Shown here piece by piece: positions 31,979 to 40,035 of a DNA stretch of 64,000 nucleotides (position 1 is its first letter; each line of letters begins with the position of its first letter). Source of the DNA: Ignavibacteria bacterium (GTDB taxonomy: Bacteria; Bacteroidota; Ignavibacteria; Ch128b); contig JAOAHM010000019.1 in assembly GCA_026415235.1 (NCBI GenBank), positions 14,583 through 78,582 of the forward strand, written 5' to 3'. The notes beneath the pieces were generated by a model, which worked only from the letters and a program-made list of their open reading frames with translations, did no database searches and was not told the origin of the DNA. Made by a program: the position numbers and the translations under genes.

Positions 31979-32697
31979 GCCAAGAAATTAAACATCAATA
32001 CAAAATTTTAATTATTGACGATAACCCACTTGAGCTTGGATTAATTAGACTCGTCATCCAAAAAAATTTTCCAGAGCTTAAAACTTTTACACTAACTAAA
32101 CCTCCAGATTGGTCTTCTTTTTTCCAAAACCAAGATATTGATGCAATAATAATAGACTATAGATTACCTGAGAAAAATGGACTTGAGGTTATTAAAGATT
32201 TGAGAAATTTTAATAAAGAAGTTCCAACCTACTTAATCACCGCTCTCGAACGAGATGAAATTGAACAAGATATTATAAAATCTGGTGCAACAGATTTAAT
32301 TGTAAAAGATAGAAGTTATTCAAATTTGGTTTCAAAAATTAATGATTTAATTCTTAAAAGGTCATTTGAAAAATTTGAACAAGAACTTAACTCATTAAAG
32401 TATATTCTTAACACTTTATCTAATTTGTTAGTATTAAAAATAGATGAAACTGAAAACTGTATCGAAGTGCTTGGAGGATACAAAGATTTACCTCAACTAT
32501 CATCATCTGTGATGTTTAATGATGGTTGGAAAAAATATTTTTATGAAATTTTCTCAGAACAGAAAAAAGAATTAAGCACATTATCTCAAAATATTACTGA
32601 AAAAAAATCTTTTCAAATTACTATTGACAATTCAGTCAATAAGATTAATGCACTTCTTCTTAAGTCGACTTACTATTATTTAATTCTTCAATTTTAA
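31975..32697 (+). CDS. Response regulator with uncharacterised C-terminal domain
   Basis: ILIIDDN..IIIDYRLP..LITA..IVK receiver motifs; ATGA overlap with the upstream gene. Confidence 0.85.
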   Translation: MSQEIKHQYKILIIDDNPLELGLIRLVIQKNFPELKTFTLTKPPDWSSFFQNQDIDAIIIDYRLPEKNGLEVIKDLRNFNKEVPTYLITALERDEIEQDIIKSGATDLIVKDRSYSNLVSKINDLILKRSFEKFEQELNSLKYILNTLSNLLVLKIDETENCIEVLGGYKDLPQLSSSVMFNDGWKKYFYEIFSEQKKELSTLSQNITEKKSFQITIDNSVNKINALLLKSTYYYLILQF

Positions 32698-32854
32698 AAC
32701 ATCTCCTAAAATCGTCCACACTGCGTGATAATAATCCACAATTGGCTAATTTCAGCCACTTCTTGTAATTCAAAGTTGCCCCACCAAAAAAATCAATCGT
32801 TATAACTAATTGAAATTAAATCACTTACAGCAATCAAAAATAATAAGTTATTTC

Positions 32855-32870
32855 TGGCATTATGATTGAC
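32855..32870 (+). promoter_or_regulatory. Putative sigma54 (-24/-12) promoter
   Basis: TGGCAT-TATGA-TTGAC versus TGGCAC-N5-TTGCW; upstream inverted repeat TGGCT-N6-AGCCA (32743-32758) and IHF-like TAACTAATTGAAA in between. Confidence 0.55.
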
Positions 32871-32884
32871 TTAAAAGGAAAAAA

Positions 32885-33118
32885 GTGGAGAAGATGATGG
32901 AATTGAAATCTAAATATAATCAGGAAATTAGAAACACTCAGGTTATTCCAATTGTGCTTTCGTTTGTGTTCTTTAACGCAATTGTGAAAGAATTTGATTG
33001 GTTAATTCTAAGTTCAATAGTTTGTTTGATTGCATTAGCAATCATCTTCAAAATATGGAGCGGGAATTTGCGATTGGGAGTTGGGGAAAAATTAAATAAT
33101 CCCAGGAGGATAAAATGA
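32885..33118 (+). CDS. Small 2-TM membrane protein (start may be ATG 32894 or 32897)
   Basis: Two hydrophobic segments; SD ggag; ATGA overlap with the sigma gene. Confidence 0.6.
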   Translation: MEKMMELKSKYNQEIRNTQVIPIVLSFVFFNAIVKEFDWLILSSIVCLIALAIIFKIWSGNLRLGVGEKLNNPRRIK

Positions 33119-33807
33119 CAACTACAACACTTTGGAAAGAATACAAAAAAACAAAAGCCTCAGAATTGAAAACGGCATTGATTAAACAGTATCTCCGTCT
33201 GGTTCATTATGTACTTCATAGAACTGAGTTGAAAGGGGCGGAATTACTTAACGAACAGGATTTTTATCAATTTGGTATCCTTGGTTTAAGTGAGGCAATT
33301 GACCGATTTAATCCAAACTACGGGGTTAAATTTGAAACCTACGCAATTCCCAGAATAAGAGGAATGATCCTTGATGAACTTAGAAAACTCGATTTCATTC
33401 CAAGGTCATACAAAGAGAATGTCAAAAAAGAACTTGAAGAAGAAAATGCTCGTCGAAGAGAGAATGACCAATATGAATTAACAATCTCAGATTATTTGAG
33501 AGAATATCAAAGACTTTCTCTCTCTCAACAAGTTGGTGAAGAAGATGATACTATTCTTGATTTATTACCAAGTAAGGCAGAGACACCACAAGAGATCGCT
33601 GAGCGAGAAAATGTCAAAGAATTGATAATAAATGAAATCAATAAACTCCCAGAACGGCAACGTTTAATCATTACGCTTTATTATTACGAAGATATGAATT
33701 ATCAAGAAATTGCTGATGTATTGAATGTTTCGGTATCAAGGGTTTCACAAATTCATACTGAAGTAATCGAAAAATTAAGAAAAAGATTAAGAAAAATATT
33801 GAGGTGA
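33115..33807 (+). CDS. fliA: FliA/WhiG-family RNA polymerase sigma factor (sigma28)
   Basis: GL.EAIDRF.P..GVKFETYAIPRIRGMILDELRKLD; region 4 LYYYEDMNYQEIA.VLNVS.SRVSQIH; SD ggagga. Confidence 0.88.
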   Translation: MTTTTLWKEYKKTKASELKTALIKQYLRLVHYVLHRTELKGAELLNEQDFYQFGILGLSEAIDRFNPNYGVKFETYAIPRIRGMILDELRKLDFIPRSYKENVKKELEEENARRRENDQYELTISDYLREYQRLSLSQQVGEEDDTILDLLPSKAETPQEIAERENVKELIINEINKLPERQRLIITLYYYEDMNYQEIADVLNVSVSRVSQIHTEVIEKLRKRLRKILR

Positions 33808-33811
33808 TTAC

Positions 33812-34660
33812 ATGCAAATTCAAAATGAGTTAACTAATTATTTTTCTTCGTCGTTTGATTATTTGCCAAATACATCAAAGTTAGATTTGGAAGTATTAAA
33901 AATTTTATCAACTAACGAAGTTTCTTTTCAACAAGTAGTGGAAATAATCAATAAAGACCATTCATTAGCTGCAAGAATTTTAGCTCTTGCGAATTCACCC
34001 GTTTATGGATTAACAAAAAGAATTTCTACAATCGAATTAGCAATTTCTATTTTAGGAATTGATACAGTTAAGGATTTAGTGATTGGTTTTTCAATAATTA
34101 ATTCGACATTAAAAGATAAAGATAGATATTTTATTGCTGATGCTTTTAATCAACATTCTTATCTATGCGGTTATATTTCGCAGTTACTTGCAAATGATTT
34201 CGATTATCCAGTTAAAAACGAAGCTTTTGTTGCAGGGCTATTACATGATATTGGAATTGCAATCAGTCACCGTTATTTGAATAAAGAGTTTAAGTTAGTT
34301 AGTGAATTAAAGTTTTATAAAAAGATTAATCAAACTAAAGCAGAAAATTTAATTATTGGAAAAACTCATTGTGAGATTGGTGCATCAATTGCAGAGAAAT
34401 GGAACTTACCTGAGCCTTTAATTGATGCAATTAGATTTCATCACACACCTTCGTCAGCGGAAAAAAATCAAAAATTAGTTTCAATTGTACATTTAGCTGA
34501 TTTTATTGCTTCAAAAGAAGCACCACAGTATTTACTCAGTTCCGAAGACGAACCCTTAGACAAATCAATCATTTCGATTTTGAACATACCTGATGAGAGT
34601 TATTTGTATGATGTGATAAATAATGTTTCAAATTTAATTTCAACAGTTGGATTATATTAA
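33812..34660 (+). CDS. Stand-alone HDOD domain protein
   Basis: D.SLAARIL.LANSPVYG, AFVAGLLHDIG and W.LP....AIRFHH motifs. Confidence 0.92.
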   Translation: MQIQNELTNYFSSSFDYLPNTSKLDLEVLKILSTNEVSFQQVVEIINKDHSLAARILALANSPVYGLTKRISTIELAISILGIDTVKDLVIGFSIINSTLKDKDRYFIADAFNQHSYLCGYISQLLANDFDYPVKNEAFVAGLLHDIGIAISHRYLNKEFKLVSELKFYKKINQTKAENLIIGKTHCEIGASIAEKWNLPEPLIDAIRFHHTPSSAEKNQKLVSIVHLADFIASKEAPQYLLSSEDEPLDKSIISILNIPDESYLYDVINNVSNLISTVGLY

Positions 34661-34661
34661 C

Positions 34662-35963
34662 ATGAATGCACTAAAGCTAAATACAGAAATAAAATTATTT
34701 AACGAAAATTTATTAAGTAATAAAGAAATTTATAATGAAACTAATATATCCTTAAGTCGAAAATCAATTATTAATGATTTTGAGATACTTTCATTAGTAA
34801 ACGAAATCAATAATACTTTAAAGAAAGATTTGACACTGAAAGAGATTACAGAGCAAGTCTTTCAAAAAATTCAAAGATTACTGAGCTACAAATCTTATTT
34901 CATTGATATATTCTACAAAGGAAGTTTAGTTTTTGAGTTTATGAAAGATTGTGAGATTAGTTTCAAAGAAATGCTTCGAGATTATGGAGTTATTAAAATA
35001 GCCATTGAGGAAAAAAGAAGTTTATTCATAAATAATCCGATTAAACAAAATAATGATGAAGAAGAGAGTATCTTGATTATACCAGTAACCACTGATAATT
35101 TTTCAAATATAATTTTTGGAATTGTTGTGGAAGGAAAAAGAGATGAATATTTCCAGCAATACTTTGTGTTATTTGAATTAATTTTCAATGCTTTAGCAAA
35201 CTCGCTTCTTACAAAAATCATTGACAAAGAAAACGGAATGTTAAGAAGCATTTTGAAAGAAAAGGATTTTGTAATTAAAGAAGAGCTTAACTATTCTACG
35301 GTTGGAAAGATTTGTCTTAGATCATTTCATAGCTTGAAAAATCGAACACAAGTTATTGTAAGTTCTTTCAACTTGCTTCAAAAATTAATAATTGACTCTA
35401 CTGATCAAAAATTAGAAAAAATATTCTCTATACTAAATAAAGAAATTCCAGATTTTACGAAGTCTATAAAAATGATTTCGGAAATTTCTAAAAATTTGAT
35501 ATCTGAGAAATCACCGATGTATTTTGAAATTGATAGGTTTATCTTTGAAATAAAAGAATTTATTGATGTTTCTGGAATTGCCAACAATTTTGAAATAATT
35601 ATAGAACATTTATCGAAGTCAAAAATTTATGGTAATTATGATAAATTATTCCAAGCGTTTTTGTTATTAATTATGGAGTTGTACGAAGAAGGTTGTAGTA
35701 AAATTTTTGTCTCGACTATTGAAGATGCTTTAAGAATAAATTTATCATTAAATATTCAAGTATCAGATAAAAGTTTAAATAATTTGTTGAAGGAGAATTC
35801 AAATATTAATTTTGTTCAAATCAAAGGGTTGTTTAAGCAAAACAATTGTACTTTAATTACAAAAAATGCGCAGGATAAAATTGAGATTTTGATTTCCATT
35901 CCAAAAAGATCCAGTCAGTTCAAATCAAAAGAAATTAAAAATGCCTCGGATTTTAGTTGTTGA
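34662..35963 (+). CDS. GAF-like plus degenerate histidine kinase (HisKA His retained, ATPase motifs eroded)
   Basis: SILIIPV GAF-like strand; H-box-like FHSLKNRTQ; N-box position reads QAFLLLIMEL; no G1/G2 glycine boxes. Confidence 0.6.
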   Translation: MNALKLNTEIKLFNENLLSNKEIYNETNISLSRKSIINDFEILSLVNEINNTLKKDLTLKEITEQVFQKIQRLLSYKSYFIDIFYKGSLVFEFMKDCEISFKEMLRDYGVIKIAIEEKRSLFINNPIKQNNDEEESILIIPVTTDNFSNIIFGIVVEGKRDEYFQQYFVLFELIFNALANSLLTKIIDKENGMLRSILKEKDFVIKEELNYSTVGKICLRSFHSLKNRTQVIVSSFNLLQKLIIDSTDQKLEKIFSILNKEIPDFTKSIKMISEISKNLISEKSPMYFEIDRFIFEIKEFIDVSGIANNFEIIIEHLSKSKIYGNYDKLFQAFLLLIMELYEEGCSKIFVSTIEDALRINLSLNIQVSDKSLNNLLKENSNINFVQIKGLFKQNNCTLITKNAQDKIEILISIPKRSSQFKSKEIKNASDFSC

Positions 35964-36342
35964 AGATGATCCATTTAATGTTGAATTATTTGAATTAATA
36001 TTAAAGAGAGTTGGGAAATTTGATACAATCATCACAGATAAAGGTGATGAAATTCTGGAACATTTAAGAAATGGGAGTGTTGACCTTGTAATTATGGATG
36101 TTAGTTTAGATAATACCTATTATAACAAAAAAAAAGTTGATGGAATTTTTCTTTCAAGGTTAATTAAAAACGATCAAGAATTAAAAGATATACCAATTAT
36201 TATTGTAACGGCTTATGCAGGCGATGAAGATATAAGCCGTATTCTTAAAGAGAGCAGAGCAGAAGAATGTATTAAAAAACCAATTTTAAACTATAATGAA
36301 TTTATTAATTTAGTCAGAGGTTATATCCGTGGAGATGAATAA
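35941..36342 (+). CDS. Single-domain response regulator (CheY/DivK-like)
   Basis: ILVVEDD..VIMDVSL..IVTA..IKKP motifs. Confidence 0.92.
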   Translation: MPRILVVEDDPFNVELFELILKRVGKFDTIITDKGDEILEHLRNGSVDLVIMDVSLDNTYYNKKKVDGIFLSRLIKNDQELKDIPIIIVTAYAGDEDISRILKESRAEECIKKPILNYNEFINLVRGYIRGDE

Positions 36343-36988
36343 AAGAAATATCTTAGTAGTTGAGGATGAGGAACACACTCGATACCTTCTCGAAAGACTT
36401 TTGGTTGTTAATAACTACGAAGTGAGAACCGCTGAGAATGGTATTGATGCACTTAATACAATGACAAACTTTAAACCAGAAATTATTCTTGCTGATTGGA
36501 ATATGCCTGAGATGGATGGTGCAGAACTTTGTTCAAGAGTGAAAACAAATCCAGACTTGAAACACATATATTTTATCATGATTACAGCAAAGACCTCAAC
36601 TCACGAAAAAGTTGAGGGATTAGATACTGGCGCAGATGATTACATTACAAAACCTGTTGAGAATGAAGAATTACTCGCTCGAATTAGAAGTGGTTTGAGA
36701 ATTTATGATCTTCAACAAGAAATCAAACAACTTGAGCATGAAAAAGCATTAATCGAAATGGCAGCAACACTTGGTCATCAAATGAATAATCCTCTAAGCG
36801 CCGTAAATATGGCTTTAATTTCGTTGAAGAAAAATATTCAAAACAAGAATTATAATGATTTGGAAGATGATATAAAGTTAATTCAGCAATCAGTTCAAAG
36901 GATGCAAGAGATTACCCAAAAGCTAATGATGTTAAAAGACCCGAAATTGATTAATTACATTGGTAATCTTAAAATGCTGAAGTTATGA
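36329..36988 (+). CDS. Response regulator fused to a HisKA (DHp) domain, no HATPase
   Basis: REC (ILADWNMP, GADDYITKP) then LGHQMNNPL H-box; protein ends before any CA domain. Confidence 0.85.
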   Translation: MEMNKRNILVVEDEEHTRYLLERLLVVNNYEVRTAENGIDALNTMTNFKPEIILADWNMPEMDGAELCSRVKTNPDLKHIYFIMITAKTSTHEKVEGLDTGADDYITKPVENEELLARIRSGLRIYDLQQEIKQLEHEKALIEMAATLGHQMNNPLSAVNMALISLKKNIQNKNYNDLEDDIKLIQQSVQRMQEITQKLMMLKDPKLINYIGNLKMLKL

Positions 36989-38173
36989 TTTTATCAAATA
37001 CAGTTCTTTTTGAGGATTTGATAAAAATTCTGCTCCATCTTTTCGGACTACAATTTCTTCTTCAACTGTTGCAATTCCGTAACTTGGAATTGTCAATCTT
37101 GGTTCAAGTGTATAAACTTCATTGATACCAACTTTTTGATATGGAATATCTCCATATCGTTCCCATCTTGGAGCGAGAATTACACCGCCATCATGAGCTT
37201 TTCGTCCTACTTGATGACCGAGTGCATGAGGATATTCTTCGTATCCATTGTTAACTATATGTTGTCTTGCAATTGCATCAACTTCATAAGCAATCGAACC
37301 TGGTTTAATAAACTTTGCAGCTTTATCAATTGCTTCAACAATTACATTGAAACCTTTCTTTACTTCTTCAGGTGCATCTGTTTCATTTGGACGAAGAATG
37401 TACCATGTTCTTTGCAAATCTGAACAATATCCTTGGTACTTAACACCAAAATCAATGTTTAACACATGACCATATTCAACTTGTCTATCCGTTGGACCCG
37501 CATGTGCACCAGCTGTATCTGGACCAGTAAAAACTGATGGACAATATTCCTGTGACCAAGCGGTTTCTAATCCTCTTTGCTCAACTTGATTTAGAATAAA
37601 TTTGGCAATTTGTTTTTCTGTAACGCCAGGTTTAATAAACTTACTTGTTTCTTCAAAAATTTCTAAGGTGATTTTAATTGCTTCCTTCATTAATCTGATT
37701 TCTGTTTCCGATTTTCTTCCTCTGAGTAATGAAATTATCTTCTCAGAAGAGATAATTCTATTAACGAATGGTGTATCTTTTAATTTTTCCATTAAATCAA
37801 TATACATTCCGTGAGTAAGTCCATCAGCTAAATTGTTGCTCTGTGAATAATTTAGTGCGATTGTTTTTGGATTTAATCGGTTCAAAACTTTTAATAAATC
37901 ATCTTTAATTCCTTGGACATAACCTATGACTTCGTTATATAAATTTTTTGATTTAATGTTAGCTACATCAAGCGAGCCAACTATAGCAATTGTATCTCCT
38001 TTTGAAGTTATAATAAATGCAGATTGCCAAGTACAATTAGTTCCTAAGATTAAATCGAGGGATGGGTCACGGGTTGTTTCGGTCTCTCTTACATAAGTCA
38101 ACCATAAATCAATATCTAATTCTTTTAATATTTCAACAGCTTGCTCAATCTTTTCATTCAATAGTTTTTCCAT
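36983..38173 (-). CDS. Xaa-Pro aminopeptidase (M24 family)
   Basis: IDFG..Y.GYCSD, HALGH.VG..HD, LEP and VEE metal ligands. Confidence 0.9.
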   Translation of the reverse strand: MEKLLNEKIEQAVEILKELDIDLWLTYVRETETTRDPSLDLILGTNCTWQSAFIITSKGDTIAIVGSLDVANIKSKNLYNEVIGYVQGIKDDLLKVLNRLNPKTIALNYSQSNNLADGLTHGMYIDLMEKLKDTPFVNRIISSEKIISLLRGRKSETEIRLMKEAIKITLEIFEETSKFIKPGVTEKQIAKFILNQVEQRGLETAWSQEYCPSVFTGPDTAGAHAGPTDRQVEYGHVLNIDFGVKYQGYCSDLQRTWYILRPNETDAPEEVKKGFNVIVEAIDKAAKFIKPGSIAYEVDAIARQHIVNNGYEEYPHALGHQVGRKAHDGGVILAPRWERYGDIPYQKVGINEVYTLEPRLTIPSYGIATVEEEIVVRKDGAEFLSNPQKELYLIKS

Positions 38174-38314
38174 AACATAACTCCTTAAGATTTTATTGAA
38201 ATTTAATTTTCTTCAAAAGCAAATTAATAATTTTTCAAATTGGTTCATTTGATTGCGTTTTTCAAATTTATTACTAAAAAGTAGTTAATAACCAAAAGTA
38301 TCACTTGAAATAAT

Positions 38315-38332
38315 ATTTAAGCGCGCTTAAAT
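38315..38332. promoter_or_regulatory. Palindromic operator, probably for the DtxR/MntR-family regulator
   Basis: Perfect 18-bp palindrome ATTTAAGCGCGCTTAAAT lying downstream of TTGAAA (38305) and overlapping the TAAATT(TA) box (38328). Confidence 0.7.
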
Positions 38333-38355
38333 TTAAATCGTAAAGGAACTTAAAA

Positions 38356-39015
38356 ATGTCGAACATATCAAAAGAAGATTATTTAAGAGTAATTTACAAA
38401 GGTTTAGAAGATTCTGAGATTGTTAGTCCATCAATGGTTGCAGAGCATTTAAATATTTCTAACGCTGCTGTAACAGATATGCTCAGGAAATTAACTAAAG
38501 AAAAGTATGTAAGTTATGAACCATATCGTGGTATACAACTATTACAGAAAGGAAGAAGTGAAGCAATTAAAATAGTTCGAAGACATAGAATTTGGGAGAC
38601 TTTTCTTTTCAAAGTGGTTGGATTGCCATGGTATCAGATTGATGAAGAGGCTGAAAATCTTGAGCATAGTTCGTCTGATGAGTTGATTGATAGGCTTGAA
38701 ATGATTTTAGGATATCCCGATTTCGATCCTCATGGCCATCCGATTCCTAAAAGAAACGGAAAAATACCTAAACAAAATAAGAGTTTTCCACTTGCGAAAT
38801 TAAACGCAGGTGAAACTGCTTGTATTCAAAAAGTAAACGATTATAACAAAGAACTATTAAAGTATTTATACGAGTCAAAACTGATGATTGGCAATCGTCT
38901 CAAAGTAATTGAAAAAAGAAAATTTGATGATACTCTCGTTATTCAAATTGATAAGAAACAGTTGATTATAAGCGAAAAAATTTCAAAAAACATTTTTGTC
39001 GAAAAAATAAAATGA
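38356..39015 (+). CDS. DtxR/MntR-family metal-dependent transcriptional regulator with FeoA domain
   Basis: EDYLRVIY, RRHRIWETFL, AE.LEH and DPHGHPIP motifs. Confidence 0.95.
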   Translation: MSNISKEDYLRVIYKGLEDSEIVSPSMVAEHLNISNAAVTDMLRKLTKEKYVSYEPYRGIQLLQKGRSEAIKIVRRHRIWETFLFKVVGLPWYQIDEEAENLEHSSSDELIDRLEMILGYPDFDPHGHPIPKRNGKIPKQNKSFPLAKLNAGETACIQKVNDYNKELLKYLYESKLMIGNRLKVIEKRKFDDTLVIQIDKKQLIISEKISKNIFVEKIK

Positions 39016-39245
39016 CAAAAAAACTTTCAGAATTACGAAAAGGTGAAAAGGCTATGATTGTACGAGTAAATCTTAATGGATTGACACGACGAAGATTGTT
39101 TGATTTGGGTTTTATACCTGGAACAATTGTATCAGTTTTGTTTGAAAGTCCACTTGGAGATCCTGTTGCTTATCTTGTTCGAGATACAATAATCGCATTA
39201 AGAAAAGATGAAAGTGAAAAAATAGAAGTTGAATTAATTAATTAA
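39012..39245 (+). CDS. feoA: Ferrous iron transport protein A
   Basis: RRLFDLGFIPG..SPLGDP..IALR motif. Confidence 0.93.
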   Translation: MTKKLSELRKGEKAMIVRVNLNGLTRRRLFDLGFIPGTIVSVLFESPLGDPVAYLVRDTIIALRKDESEKIEVELIN

Positions 39246-39249
39246 CTTT

Positions 39250-40035
39250 ATGTTTGGTAGAAAAACAAAAAATCAAAATTTAAACTTTGTTCAAATCGAA
39301 ATTTTACCTTCACGAAAGACAAAGGTTGTTGCACTTGCTGGAAATCCCAACACTGGAAAGAGTACAATCTTTAACAGATTAACTGGATTAAAACAACACA
39401 CAGGCAACTGGCCTGGTAAAACTGTATCAAGAGCTGAAGGTGAATTCATTTTAAATGACGAAAAGTTTCTGCTAATTGATTTGCCTGGAACATATTCTCT
39501 GTTATCTACTTCAGAGGATGAAGAAATTGCAAGAGATTTTATTCTCTTTGGTAATCCCGATGCAACTGTGATTGTTTGTGATGCTTCGGCACTGGAAAGA
39601 AATCTTAACTTAGCTTTTCAAATAATGCAGATTACAAATCGATGTTTGCTTTGCATAAACTTAATTGATGAAGCAAAACGGAAAGGGATTGAAATTGATA
39701 AAGATGTTTTAGAAAAAGAACTTGGTATTCCTGTTATTTTTACTAACGCTCGGTCTGGCGAAGGTATTGATGAACTCAAAGAAAAAATCTATGCAATTGC
39801 AAATAGAATTATCAAACCAAATCCACGCAAAATTCACTTAAGAAAAGAAATTCAAGAAAAGGTTGATAAACTAAAACCATTAATCGAAAAAGCATTTCCT
39901 GGAATATATTCAAGCGAATGGATTGCTCTACGATTACTTGAAGGAGATAAAAAAATTAGGGCTGCAGTAGAAAACGGAAATTTGCTTGAGATGATTAACA
40001 AAGGTCTTGAAAACGGTAACGGAGAATTGAAATGA
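39250..40035 (+). CDS. feoB: FeoB N-terminal GTPase domain (split FeoB)
   Basis: GNPNTGKS, GNWPGKTV, DLPGTYSL and NLID motifs. Confidence 0.9.
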   Translation: MFGRKTKNQNLNFVQIEILPSRKTKVVALAGNPNTGKSTIFNRLTGLKQHTGNWPGKTVSRAEGEFILNDEKFLLIDLPGTYSLLSTSEDEEIARDFILFGNPDATVIVCDASALERNLNLAFQIMQITNRCLLCINLIDEAKRKGIEIDKDVLEKELGIPVIFTNARSGEGIDELKEKIYAIANRIIKPNPRKIHLRKEIQEKVDKLKPLIEKAFPGIYSSEWIALRLLEGDKKIRAAVENGNLLEMINKGLENGNGELK

